From Salinivirgaceae bacterium (GTDB taxonomy: Bacteria > Bacteroidota > Bacteroidia > Bacteroidales > SZUA-534): a stretch of 64,000 nt of DNA. The DNA lies in assembly GCA_017551905.1 (NCBI GenBank), contig JAFZKK010000161.1, positions 127 through 64,126 on the forward strand, read 5' to 3'. Each line of letters starts with the position of its first letter. Within the stretch, counting starts at the first letter, position 1. Made by a program: the position numbers and the translations under genes. Below the pieces are notes generated by a model. It was not told the DNA's origin. It did no database searches and saw nothing but the letters and a program-made list of their open reading frames with translations. This document shows positions 38,035-47,175 of this stretch, one piece after another.

Positions 38035-38991
38035 TCACACTTTAACTTTCAAAATGGCGTGGACACCGTCGCCGGGGGCGCTGTTAATCACAAACACGCC
38101 GTTGACCGAGTTGAGGCGCGACGATATGTTCGACAGCCCCATTCCGTTTTCCGACGGCCGCACCGTCTCTTGGTCGAAGCCTTTGCCGTTGTCGTCGTAT
38201 TTGATGACAATGGTGCGCTGTATCTTCTCAAGACTGATGTCGATTTTTGTGGCTTCGGCGTGCTTTATGGTGTTGTTTATCAGCTCGCATGTGGCGCGGT
38301 AGAGCACCACTTCGAGGTTCGAGTCGAAGCGGTCGGCATCGGTCAGCTTAGTGTCGAAATTGATGTTGATTGATTTGGTCTGCCCCACGCGCTGGGCGAA
38401 GTTGCGGATGGCGCTTGCCAGACCGAAGTTGGTGAGCACGTGCGGGCTCAGGTTGTTCGATATCTCTTTGATGCTCTCCACCGCCTCGTTGATGACGGTG
38501 TTGGCGTTGTCGAGAACGGCTTTTGAGTGCTCGTCGCCTTTCAGCTGCGACAAGGCCGATATCGACATCCGTGCTGTCGAAAGCAGCGGGCCAAGGCCGT
38601 CGTGAAGGTCTTTGGCAAAGCGGCGGCGCTCGCGTTCCTCGGTCTGTATTATGGCGCGAGTCATACGGCGCTCGGCGCGCTTGCGCTCACGCTCGGCACG
38701 GCTCAGCGAGTAGAACATCTCGCCAATCAGAAACACACCCGCAGTGAACACAAACGAGATGATGACACCCAGCCAATCGTCGGCAGGCCGCAGATAGAAC
38801 GAGAAGTCGTTGTTAATCAGCTGTATAAGTTTGATAACCTGTTTGAGCGCCATCAGCAGGAACCCTATCGAGATAAGAATCCACGACGCGCGGTATTTTG
38901 TGACACGCACAAGCCTTATTGCCAAAACAGCGGCAAACACCTGAAAGGCAATGGATATCAGAAGTGCTACTATTCGAACCATAATCTTCAA
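38035..38991 (-). CDS. Sensor histidine kinase (HisKA_3 / NarX-like) with membrane N-terminus
   Basis: Three hydrophobic N-terminal helices, H-box RRFAKDLHDGLGPLLS, and a HATPase_c region (..DDNGKGF..GMGLSNISSRL..). Separated by 3 nt from the response regulator gene. Confidence 0.88.
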   Translation of the reverse strand: MKIMVRIVALLISIAFQVFAAVLAIRLVRVTKYRASWILISIGFLLMALKQVIKLIQLINNDFSFYLRPADDWLGVIISFVFTAGVFLIGEMFYSLSRAERERKRAERRMTRAIIQTEERERRRFAKDLHDGLGPLLSTARMSISALSQLKGDEHSKAVLDNANTVINEAVESIKEISNNLSPHVLTNFGLASAIRNFAQRVGQTKSININFDTKLTDADRFDSNLEVVLYRATCELINNTIKHAEATKIDISLEKIQRTIVIKYDDNGKGFDQETVRPSENGMGLSNISSRLNSVNGVFVINSAPGDGVHAILKVKV

Positions 38992-39125
38992 TCAATAATG
39001 GCAAATATAATAATTGAGGTTTTTGTTGTGGCGGGTTGGGAGATTTTTATTTAAGGCCGGTGTCTTACAAAAAAATATTATTTTAGCAGATAGTTATGAA
39101 GGGCGAAACCTAAAACGACAGAACG

Positions 39126-39437
39126 ATGCCGGAAATAGAGATTGACGCAATAAAACAGAGTTTCATAAACGAAATCAAGCCGTTACGCATTTATTTGTTT
39201 GGCTCGTATGCAGCAGGAACAGAAAAAGACGACAGCGATTTAGATTTCTACCTTGTTGTTGACGATGATGCGGAAAACCTTGCAAATCTGACAACAAGGG
39301 CATATAAGGCCATTCGCAATGTCAAGCGTCATCCGGTAGATATTGTTGTGGGAACCGCAAGCCGTTTCAATGAGCGGAAAGAAATACCATCCGTAGAAAA
39401 CGAGGTTTACAAAAAAGGGGTAATTATTTATGGATGA
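39126..39437 (+). CDS. Minimal nucleotidyltransferase (MNT) domain protein
   Basis: GSYAAGTEKDDSDLDFYLVV NTase motif. Overlaps the downstream HEPN gene by 8 nt. Confidence 0.75.
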   Translation: MPEIEIDAIKQSFINEIKPLRIYLFGSYAAGTEKDDSDLDFYLVVDDDAENLANLTTRAYKAIRNVKRHPVDIVVGTASRFNERKEIPSVENEVYKKGVIIYG

Positions 39438-39825
39438 GCATGTAAAAGAGTGGTTCGACCTTGCCGAAATGGATTATGGAGTAGCCAAACATCTATTCGA
39501 TAACTACCATCCGAAACCATTGGAAATAATATGTTTCCATTGCCAGCAAGCCGCCGAAAAGGCAATTAAAGCAGTGATTGTTTCGCTTGGTGAACAAGGT
39601 GGAATGCCAAAACTGCACGATTTGTCGTTCCTTTTAGGTCAAGTACGGAATATGACCGAAATTGATGAGAAGTATTATGACTATGCCGACACTTTGACCC
39701 CATACGGTGTCTCGTTACGTTATCCGCATGAGCTGTTTTTAGAGGAATACCATGCCGAACAAGCGCTCAAGTATGCCAAAGAAATAATGAATTGGGCGCT
39801 TAGCGTTGTGAAAAACAACGGGTAA
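39430..39825 (+). CDS. HEPN domain protein
   Basis: WFDLAEMDYGVAKHLFDN..FHCQQAAEKAIKAVIV..HDLSFLL..YGVSLRYP, typical HEPN layout. Confidence 0.75.
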   Translation: MDEHVKEWFDLAEMDYGVAKHLFDNYHPKPLEIICFHCQQAAEKAIKAVIVSLGEQGGMPKLHDLSFLLGQVRNMTEIDEKYYDYADTLTPYGVSLRYPHELFLEEYHAEQALKYAKEIMNWALSVVKNNG

Positions 39826-39991
39826 CTCCAAATTGTTACGGCACAAGTTAGTTGAAAGCATCTTTTGCTACTTCCTCCCCCTCCCCAAATTTTTAGTTTT
39901 TGGTTTTCATTAACGTTTATTACCTTTGACCTATTGTTGGTTTTCTTAAACCTCTTATAAACCTGATTATCAATTAAAACCGAAAATAGCA

Positions 39992-40747
39992 ATGAAACGC
40001 ATTTTTGCCATTCTTTTTGCCGCCATGCTCGCCTCGCAGGTTTGGGCTTACGATTTCAAAAGTGGTGATTTATACTACAATATCACAGGAGACAACACCG
40101 TGGAAGTGACCCGTGAAAATTCTACTATGGAAAACTATAAAGGTCTTACAAGTGTTGAAATCCCCGAAACTGTAAGTTTTGACAATATAACTTACATCGT
40201 TATTCGCATCGGTGACGATGCGTTCATCTATTGCAACAGTTTGACATCCGTGACCATCCCCCATTCGGTTACAGAAATTGGCTATGCTGCGTTCTTCGAG
40301 TGCCGACACTTGACATCGGTAAACATTCCTAATTCGGTTACAACCATTGGCAATACTGCGTTTGGATGGTGCTTTTCTTTGACTTCGGTTAATATTCCAA
40401 ACTCTGTTACCACTATTGAAGACAATGCATTTTATTGTTGCGATAAATTGTTGACACTAACGATTCCAAATTCCGTAACAAAAATTGGAGCATTTGCATT
40501 CCGCTATTGTAGAGAGGTCACTTCAATTACAATTCCGGAATCGGTTGCAAGCATTGGTGAGGGTGTTTTTGCTTCGTGTAGCAAATTAGAAAGTATTTCA
40601 GTCAATCCTAATAACTCTTATTATACATCTGAAGACGGAGTTTTGTACAACAAAGACAAAACGGTATTGATAAATTACCCAGCAGGAAAAGCGGGAACAT
40701 ATACTATTCCGGAATCGGTTACAAGCATCGGTTGTAACGCCGCCTAA
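39992..40747 (+). CDS. BspA-like LRR protein, apparently 3'-truncated (no T9SS tail)
   Basis: Signal peptide MKRIFAILFAAMLASQVWA and LRR units as in 15351..17042. It ends in mid-repeat (..IPESVTSIGCNAA*), where the paralog reads ..IPSGVTSIYVGAFSEC... Integrase-bearing DNA follows directly. Confidence 0.65.
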   Translation: MKRIFAILFAAMLASQVWAYDFKSGDLYYNITGDNTVEVTRENSTMENYKGLTSVEIPETVSFDNITYIVIRIGDDAFIYCNSLTSVTIPHSVTEIGYAAFFECRHLTSVNIPNSVTTIGNTAFGWCFSLTSVNIPNSVTTIEDNAFYCCDKLLTLTIPNSVTKIGAFAFRYCREVTSITIPESVASIGEGVFASCSKLESISVNPNNSYYTSEDGVLYNKDKTVLINYPAGKAGTYTIPESVTSIGCNAA

Positions 40748-40946
40748 AAACCAACACTTACCAATCCTCTCGTCCTGCTTACTAATATACTAACTATCAA
40801 CCATTTGCAAGACATTTTCAATCTTATCAATCGTAAGCAAAAATCTGCAATTTTAAGCGTTTTTCGTGCAAAATTGTTTCTCGTTTTGTTTCTCGTTTCC
40901 GATTTTTTTTGCTATTTTTAAGTGTTGAAATCAAACACTTTTTAAA

Positions 40947-42020
40947 ATGAAACAAATCGTAAAACTGCGAGTGAAAAAACTCGCCGACAACCAAGGTTCC
41001 TATTATTTGGACTGGTGCCAGAACGGCAAACGCAACTATGAGTATTTGAAACTCTACATCGACCTATCGCCAAACCCCTCGCGCGATGTTAAAAAGCAAA
41101 ACGAGGCGGTCGAACAACTCGCGCAGACAATCCGCAACCAACGCGAAAACGAACTCATCAAAAGTCCGTGGGGCATTAAGAAGGTGAACCGATACGAAAT
41201 GTTCACCGAAAGGCTATGCACGTTGGGCGTGAAGTGCTACGACCAACGCCGCCTGTGCACACTCTTTAAGGAGTGTTTCGGCGGTGATGTTCCGCTCGTT
41301 GAAATGGACCGCGAGAAAATTCTCACGTTCCTCAAATACATCGTCGATTATGGCTATTCGCAAGCGAGTATCAAAGGCTTTTGGAACCGCGTTAAATCCA
41401 CAATCAAAAGCGGTGTGTTGGATGGTTCAGTCAATCCCGAATGCTTGCGAGACTTCCCGAATGTAAAACGGCCTAACAACCCCGTGACCTATCTCACCGC
41501 CGAGGAAGTCACAAAAATGAAAAACGTCAAGTGGATAAAGGACACAAGCCGCCGCGCGTTTTTGTTTGCCGTTTATACTGGCTTACGCTACTGCGATGTT
41601 AAAAAACTACGGTGGGGCGACATCACCTCTGACAAATTCATCGTGTTCGCACAGCAGAAAACCCAAATGGATGCCACTGGCAACGCCTACGCCTACACTC
41701 GTCTGCCGCTCAACCACCAGGCGGTCGAAATCATTGGCGAGCGCAAAGCCGACAACGAACTCGTTTTTAGAAAGTTGGTGCGTAACGAAACCATAAACAA
41801 GCACATCCACGCAGCCGCCAAGGATGCTGGAATTGAAAAGAATGTCCATTTCCATATGGCACGGCACACGCTTGGCGTGCAGTTGCTTTGCAACGGCGTT
41901 GAGATTTACACCGTCAGCAAGTTGTTAGGCCATAAGAGCGTGCAGACCACCGCTAAATTCTATTCCAACATCACGGAGGAAAAGGCACTCGACGCAATCA
42001 ACAAGTTGCCCGAGTTTTAA
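40947..42020 (+). CDS. Tyrosine-type site-specific recombinase / integrase
   Basis: C-terminal catalytic region with R..HxxR..Y signature (GLRYCDV.., HMARHTLGVQLL.., LLGHKSVQTTAKFYS). Confidence 0.9.
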   Translation: MKQIVKLRVKKLADNQGSYYLDWCQNGKRNYEYLKLYIDLSPNPSRDVKKQNEAVEQLAQTIRNQRENELIKSPWGIKKVNRYEMFTERLCTLGVKCYDQRRLCTLFKECFGGDVPLVEMDREKILTFLKYIVDYGYSQASIKGFWNRVKSTIKSGVLDGSVNPECLRDFPNVKRPNNPVTYLTAEEVTKMKNVKWIKDTSRRAFLFAVYTGLRYCDVKKLRWGDITSDKFIVFAQQKTQMDATGNAYAYTRLPLNHQAVEIIGERKADNELVFRKLVRNETINKHIHAAAKDAGIEKNVHFHMARHTLGVQLLCNGVEIYTVSKLLGHKSVQTTAKFYSNITEEKALDAINKLPEF

Positions 42021-42026
42021 GGCATC

Positions 42027-42055
42027 AAAAAAGCAGACTGCATTGGTCTGCTTTT
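42027..42055 (+). terminator. Rho-independent terminator after the integrase gene
   Basis: aaaagcagac-tgcattg-gtctgctttt: a GC stem flanked by A and T runs, so potentially bidirectional. Confidence 0.6.
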
Positions 42056-42184
42056 GCCTTTTAAGTTATTGTGTATCAGTAAAATATAAATATTTGAATA
42101 TCAACAAGTTATATAATTGTAATTCAATGTGTTAGCTGTTCAAATTCGCAAAATTCGCGCTGCGAATTTGCGAAAATGCGAATT

Positions 42185-43888
42185 TCATTGCCGCTTAATA
42201 TACACGCCGTGTTGAACTCGCTCAATCAATCCACGCGCCACTAATTCAGTGATATAGCGTTTTGCGGTGTCTGGCGGCAAAGAAATCGCTTCCGCTGTTT
42301 TCACATACTCTTGTCGGGTAAACCTATTCGGCAAGGCTTGCAAATAGGTGTAGATGGCTGGCCGACAAGGAACCGACGCACCCAACGCCGCCGCTTTCGG
42401 CAGACCGACGTAAACGGCCGCTGCGTGTTCCAACAACACACCGACAATGGCTAACGCAGTGTTGAAATCCGCATCGCTGCACGTTAGTTGATTGACTTTC
42501 GGCTGAAGGTTAACAATGCGCAGCGCTGTCAGAACCATCGCCACCCGAAATGCTATCAGCCCGAGCCGACGCACCGACCCCAGGAACCCAATGCCGTACC
42601 GACCCGAATAGTCCGCAGTCGCGTCCGTGAAATATTGGTTGAAAGCCTTGCTCTGCTTGCCACTGAATTTGAACCGCATCGGCTGACACGTTTTCAAATA
42701 GTTGTAAACGTTGAGGAACCGCTGCGCATAGAAATCAAACTGCATGTCGAGCGTGCGGCTGCTTTTGGTGTCGAACACGTTCAGCCACTCTATTTTCACA
42801 GGCATACAGTAGAACATAAACCGACTGAAAAGGCCATTTTCAGCATCAGGAATGAGCGTGAACACCTGGCGAGGCGTGCCGCTGAAAACGGCAGACAGTT
42901 TCGGCTGCAATAGTTCAACGTGTTCGCAGTTCTTTCGGCGCACATAACTAATTGGCTCGTGGTGGAACGCCTTGCGGAAGCCGTCCGAATAATTGCCGTG
43001 CTCACTCTTGAACGACTGCGCCAACGTGTCGCCTTCGGTCTCAAAAATGAGACCTACGCCGTCGTTGTCGTTGAGGATTTGGAAAACGCTCGTTGCGCTC
43101 GCGTTGGCTGGAATTATGAGCATTCGCTGCGGAGGCTCTTGCAGCCGCTCTAATTCGCTTTTGTCGCGTGAATGCTCATAAACCTGCATAAGGCGGTTGT
43201 ATTCGGTCCACGCCAGCCGTGAAGCCTCACACAGTTGCCTGTGTATCGGCACCACAAGGCGGCGGCAGAGCGACAAGCGCCCTTTGCCCGACGAGGCTTC
43301 GGCTGTCACAAACAGATAGAGGTTCGGGAACACCTCACGCTCACCATAAACGCCGTAGAGGTTGGGCAGACAGGCCGAGAGCGTGACAATCGACCCGAGA
43401 ATCAGAATGTCGGCATCTTCGGGACTGTTGGCGCAGTGGGCAATGTCGCGCAGAAGTGGCGGCAGCTGCTCGACAACCTCTGGGCGAATGGTGGGAAGCG
43501 GCAGCGGTTCGGGTGCCGATTCGGGTTTTGATACCGTCGGGCGTGGTTGAGGTTCGGCCGAGATATTGACACCCGCATTTTTGGCAAGTGCGAAAAATGT
43601 GGCAATCGTCACGCCGTGGCCTTTGGCTTGAAGGCAAGCCGTAAACTGCTTGTCGGTTTCGGCTGCAGCGTAGCCGTTGTAAAAACGGCTCACGCGCTGG
43701 AAAAGGTCGCGCCCTGCCTCGCCGAAGGTGTCGGCAAGGGCAAAGCCTACGTTGCGCCATTCCTCGTAAGAGGGCGCAATATCAATGCCCTGCGCCTCGA
43801 TTCGGGCGACCACTTGGCGCACCTGTGCGGCAATGTCGGTCGCTAACGCTTGCGGCTCGTTCTGCCACGCTGACGAGTTGAATTTCAT
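42185..43888 (-). CDS. DUF3987-type (helicase-like) protein with PriCT-like N-terminal domain
   Basis: N-terminal ..IDIAPSYEEWRNVGFALADTFGEAGRDLFQRVSRF.. (primase C-terminal-like) followed by a large DUF3987-like body. Start chosen at ATG 43888, which forms an ATGA overlap with the upstream gene's stop. Confidence 0.6.
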   Translation of the reverse strand: MKFNSSAWQNEPQALATDIAAQVRQVVARIEAQGIDIAPSYEEWRNVGFALADTFGEAGRDLFQRVSRFYNGYAAAETDKQFTACLQAKGHGVTIATFFALAKNAGVNISAEPQPRPTVSKPESAPEPLPLPTIRPEVVEQLPPLLRDIAHCANSPEDADILILGSIVTLSACLPNLYGVYGEREVFPNLYLFVTAEASSGKGRLSLCRRLVVPIHRQLCEASRLAWTEYNRLMQVYEHSRDKSELERLQEPPQRMLIIPANASATSVFQILNDNDGVGLIFETEGDTLAQSFKSEHGNYSDGFRKAFHHEPISYVRRKNCEHVELLQPKLSAVFSGTPRQVFTLIPDAENGLFSRFMFYCMPVKIEWLNVFDTKSSRTLDMQFDFYAQRFLNVYNYLKTCQPMRFKFSGKQSKAFNQYFTDATADYSGRYGIGFLGSVRRLGLIAFRVAMVLTALRIVNLQPKVNQLTCSDADFNTALAIVGVLLEHAAAVYVGLPKAAALGASVPCRPAIYTYLQALPNRFTRQEYVKTAEAISLPPDTAKRYITELVARGLIERVQHGVYIKRQ

Positions 43889-44751
43889 ATATTGGGGTTT
43901 TTGTATGCGTCGGGGTCGTAAGGCAGGAAGCAAGCGCGGCACACATCGCGGCCGCTGCGGTCAACCTCAACGCCATAGGTGAATTTGATATAGTTGGCTA
44001 CAGCGGTGAAATACTCACTGTGCGACAGGCAGCATTTGTCGATACTGATTACCCATTTCAAGCCATCGCCTGACGGCGAGCGGAAAAGCAACTGCGTCTC
44101 GAACATCGTGTCACCGAGTAGGCGGCTTTTCAAGTCCTCGACATCGGCAATGTGGTCGAAGTCGAGGCACATCAGTCCCGAATGCTGAATGAGTGCGTCG
44201 GCACGGCGCGAGTTGAACGTGCCGCTAAACGTGCAATAATCGAAGTTGGTGGCTTTATATTCTCGTGCCTGTTTCTTGTCGGTTATTGCCCGAAGTCGCT
44301 CGGTAATCGCTTTGTAATAGCCGCCAATGATAACCTCATACACGTTTTTCAGCGTCACGTTCTTGTATGGTATCAACGAGTTGATAGGACGGCGGAAGAA
44401 TGAAAAACGCACTGGTTCCTGGTCCCGATATTCGTCGCCAATGTGCAAATACAACTCGTTGTTCAACTTCCGCAGCAATTCATCGCCACCACATTTATAG
44501 TATAGTGCCGCAAAGTCGAAACAATCGCCATAGAAATCGGGCTTTGCAACGTCGAAATGGCGGGCGATTTTGCTGTTTACGGTGGGGTGAATTTTGATTT
44601 GCAACGTTGGCGAGTTCTCGTTGTAGGGGTTCTTCACCATCACCGCGCTGCCGTCGGTTTTCCACTGATAATTTTCGGGATAGAACAAACGCAAAACGTG
44701 TTTGTAAATATCTATCCCGTAGTGTGTTGCCATCAAAACTGCGTTTTTCAT
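43885..44751 (-). CDS. VirE_N / archaeo-eukaryotic-primase-like protein (BT4734-type)
   Basis: 288-aa ORF with a DxD-type motif in LMCLDFDH and FRSPSGDGLKWVI (SxSGxGxH-like), typical of AEP/VirE_N primase domains of Bacteroides mobile elements. Confidence 0.6.
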   Translation of the reverse strand: MKNAVLMATHYGIDIYKHVLRLFYPENYQWKTDGSAVMVKNPYNENSPTLQIKIHPTVNSKIARHFDVAKPDFYGDCFDFAALYYKCGGDELLRKLNNELYLHIGDEYRDQEPVRFSFFRRPINSLIPYKNVTLKNVYEVIIGGYYKAITERLRAITDKKQAREYKATNFDYCTFSGTFNSRRADALIQHSGLMCLDFDHIADVEDLKSRLLGDTMFETQLLFRSPSGDGLKWVISIDKCCLSHSEYFTAVANYIKFTYGVEVDRSGRDVCRACFLPYDPDAYKNPNI

Positions 44752-45044
44752 AACCCACGGCGTTTGCGGTTTATGATTGCGTTTGCTTGCGCTTCAAGTT
44801 CGCTCATCGACGCTGTGCGGTTGCGTGTCAGATAGTTGGTTAAGTCCTCGCGGCGGAAGTAGTATTTCTTTCCTGAAGGGCAGAAATACGGCAGTTCGCG
44901 CGTCTGTGTCAGGCGGTAAACGTGCGCTTTCGAGAGGTTCAGCAACCGCGCCGCTTCCTCGACACTCAAAATGTCTTTCCCATTCACATTTTGCTGCGAT
45001 AGCAAATTGATAATCGCGGCAAGCATTTCTTTGATTTCGTCCAT
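44748..45044 (-). CDS. Excisionase-family helix-turn-helix DNA-binding protein
   Basis: DILSVEEAARLLNLSKAHVYRLTQTRELPYFCPSGKKYYFRREDL, the classic MerR-like excisionase HTH. Confidence 0.75.
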   Translation of the reverse strand: MDEIKEMLAAIINLLSQQNVNGKDILSVEEAARLLNLSKAHVYRLTQTRELPYFCPSGKKYYFRREDLTNYLTRNRTASMSELEAQANAIINRKRRGL

Positions 45045-45065
45045 TTTACATCGTTTTTTAGTTAA

Positions 45066-45098
45066 TAAAAAAGCCGTCGGTCATTCGACCAGCGGCTG
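45066..45098 (-). terminator. Rho-independent terminator after the 45144..45653 gene
   Basis: The minus strand reads agccgctggtc-gaat-gaccgacggct followed by TTTTTT. Confidence 0.6.
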
Positions 45099-45143
45099 CA
45101 AATAGAAATCAAAAAATGCCTTGTGTGGGGCACGTGTGTAGGC

Positions 45144-45653
45144 TCAAATTTTTATTAGCAACCTATCTTTGATGCCTACAGCAATTAGCAATGCCTGAGC
45201 GGTTTTTGCTTCCATATCATCTTCAGCAAAAGGCACTTCGTTCTTTAAATATTGCCTAATGTTGGTTTCAGAATATCCTGACACATAGCTGATTATTCTT
45301 GCAATTTTTGCTGCGTCAATATTGGCAAGCGTAACACCCGCATTCCGCAGTATTGCCATACACATTGAGGCTATCACCTTCATCCGCGCTTTCGCTGGCG
45401 GCTGTTGCTGCGTGTCTGGCGGCGATGCCACTGCCATTGTGTCCATTTCGGCAAGCAGCGATAGTTGTTCATTTATCACGCTCTCGTAATCATCGGCTTC
45501 GTAATAGGCAGCCTGCCGAATTTTGCACCGCAGTTTCATCAATTCTATTCTCATCTCTTTTCGGTCTTCCATCCTCAATATCCCATCGAGGCTTCTTTTC
45601 ATCTGTTTAGTAGTCAACATATTTTTCCCAATTAAAGTTTTTAGAAATAACAT
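45144..45653 (-). CDS. Hypothetical protein of the element
   Basis: 169-aa ORF with its own terminator. No motif recognised. Confidence 0.45.
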   Translation of the reverse strand: MLFLKTLIGKNMLTTKQMKRSLDGILRMEDRKEMRIELMKLRCKIRQAAYYEADDYESVINEQLSLLAEMDTMAVASPPDTQQQPPAKARMKVIASMCMAILRNAGVTLANIDAAKIARIISYVSGYSETNIRQYLKNEVPFAEDDMEAKTAQALLIAVGIKDRLLIKI

Positions 45654-45942
45654 TTCATTGATTTTGTTGTCAAATTGAGAAAAACATCCCGTAAGTGGTT
45701 AATAGTCTGTTGATAGGCGATAATGCTTTGATAAAATTGACGCTTCGTGTCATTTTCGCAAATTCGCAAATTCGCAGAGTGAATTTCTGCGAAAATCTGT
45801 TTTCTCTGCGCAAAACTCAAAAATTAGTTATGCGCAAAAACGTTAATATTCACCGTATAAGAGTAATATTTAACCAATTTCTTGTAGTATTTTGTTTTGT
45901 GTGAATATGTAGCCGAAATAGTTTTACACGGTTTGAAACAAA

Positions 45943-47175
45943 ATGAGTAACAGCAAAATCATATTATCCGCACTTATCGCATTATGCGTATTTTCCTTTT
46001 TGGGATTTATCAGCACAACACTGATGGCTGTTTTTATGCTGCCAATTGTTTTTGCGTTTTGCGTATATGACGCGGCACATAATTCAACTTATCAGAAAGC
46101 GATTCGTTTTTCTGGGGCTGACTACTGCTTTATAATATTGTGCGTTGTTGAACTGATATGCTGTGCTAACTCAATATACAAGCCCAACAGCGAAAGTGTC
46201 GCGCTTAAAATACTGATAATTACCATTCTATACTTTTTCGTAAGGGCATTTGTAACGCACGCAATCCAAATACGCTATTTGTGCAGCGTAATAACCTGTT
46301 TCGCCGCCGTCTTGGCAGCAATAACACTGCTATTTTTCATATTCCACGCACAAAAATATTCCGAATTGGGCAGTTTGGAACAATACAAAGGTTTTTACCG
46401 TCCGTTTGGAATGCTGTCGAACGATTGGGCAACAGTGCTGCTATGCTTAATGCCATTTTCCGCAATAAGTATGTTGAACGCTAACGGCAAAAAAACGGTG
46501 CTTTTAGCAGCCGCTAATTGCTTGATTATTATTAGTATTCTTGTAAGTTTCTCACGCGGTGCATATCTGTCGCTTGCCTTGTTTGTTATCGCAAGCATAT
46601 CTTTCTCAGCCTTATTGAAACAAGGATTATTCCGACGCACAATCTTTCTTTTCAGTGCGATAACAGTTTTGGCGTTTGCACTCACTCTGCCCGTTGCAGG
46701 TTCGGTTGCAACCACCATAAGAATGAACAAAACCGTGTCGCAGCAAAAAAGTGTTGAAGGCCGCTTGACGAAATACACCGAGGCATTGGAATTATTCAAG
46801 AGACAACCGCTGTTGGGTGTTGGCGGTGGCAATTACACCCTTGCCGTTGAGCGTTACTGCAATGCTGGGCAGAACGATATTTTCTCGCCACGCTGCACAA
46901 ACACCTATCTGCAACTGCTTGCCGAACGTGGCATTGTCGGATTTTGTGTTTATGCGGCTTTGTTTGTTGCCGTATTGCTAATTGTTTTCAGACGGGCAAG
47001 GCGCGGTAACGTCGATGCTGGAATATTGCTGTCGGCCATTCTTGCTCTGATGTTTCGGGAAGTTACCTTCTCTTCGTTTTTCGAAGTGGATTCTATTCCG
47101 TTGTTGTTTACCCTTATGTGTCTGATAGCCACAAACGATTATAAAGATGGTGAATATGAAATCTTTAAGCATTAA
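45943..47175 (+). CDS. O-antigen ligase-like (Wzy_C family) polytopic membrane protein
   Basis: About 10 hydrophobic helices and a Wzy_C-type loop region (SFSRGAYLSLALF.., QPLLGVGGGNYTL.., NTYLQLLAERGIVGF). Confidence 0.6.
   Translation: MSNSKIILSALIALCVFSFLGFISTTLMAVFMLPIVFAFCVYDAAHNSTYQKAIRFSGADYCFIILCVVELICCANSIYKPNSESVALKILIITILYFFVRAFVTHAIQIRYLCSVITCFAAVLAAITLLFFIFHAQKYSELGSLEQYKGFYRPFGMLSNDWATVLLCLMPFSAISMLNANGKKTVLLAAANCLIIISILVSFSRGAYLSLALFVIASISFSALLKQGLFRRTIFLFSAITVLAFALTLPVAGSVATTIRMNKTVSQQKSVEGRLTKYTEALELFKRQPLLGVGGGNYTLAVERYCNAGQNDIFSPRCTNTYLQLLAERGIVGFCVYAALFVAVLLIVFRRARRGNVDAGILLSAILALMFREVTFSSFFEVDSIPLLFTLMCLIATNDYKDGEYEIFKH

Larger units (their letters stand above)
40748..45700. 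mobile_element. Core of an integrative (mobilizable-type) element: tyrosine integrase, DUF3987/PriCT protein, VirE_N/AEP-like primase, excisionase-type HTH. Cargo probably extends right to at least 62416
   Basis: The left junction coincides with the truncation of the LRR gene, and the gene content is typical of Bacteroides integrative elements. The right end was not identified within the window. Confidence 0.55.

Noticed and set aside
38960-38980. GGTTCGAAT-like string (minus strand) resembling a tRNA T-arm
   Set aside because: It lies at the start of the histidine kinase coding sequence (MKIMVRIV..) and has no surrounding cloverleaf complementarity. I recognised no tRNA or rRNA anywhere in the window.
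45695-45904. 69-aa plus-strand ORF in the divergent promoter region of the element
   Set aside because: It covers the AAATTCGC repeat array, is AT-rich low-complexity sequence, and has no supporting features.
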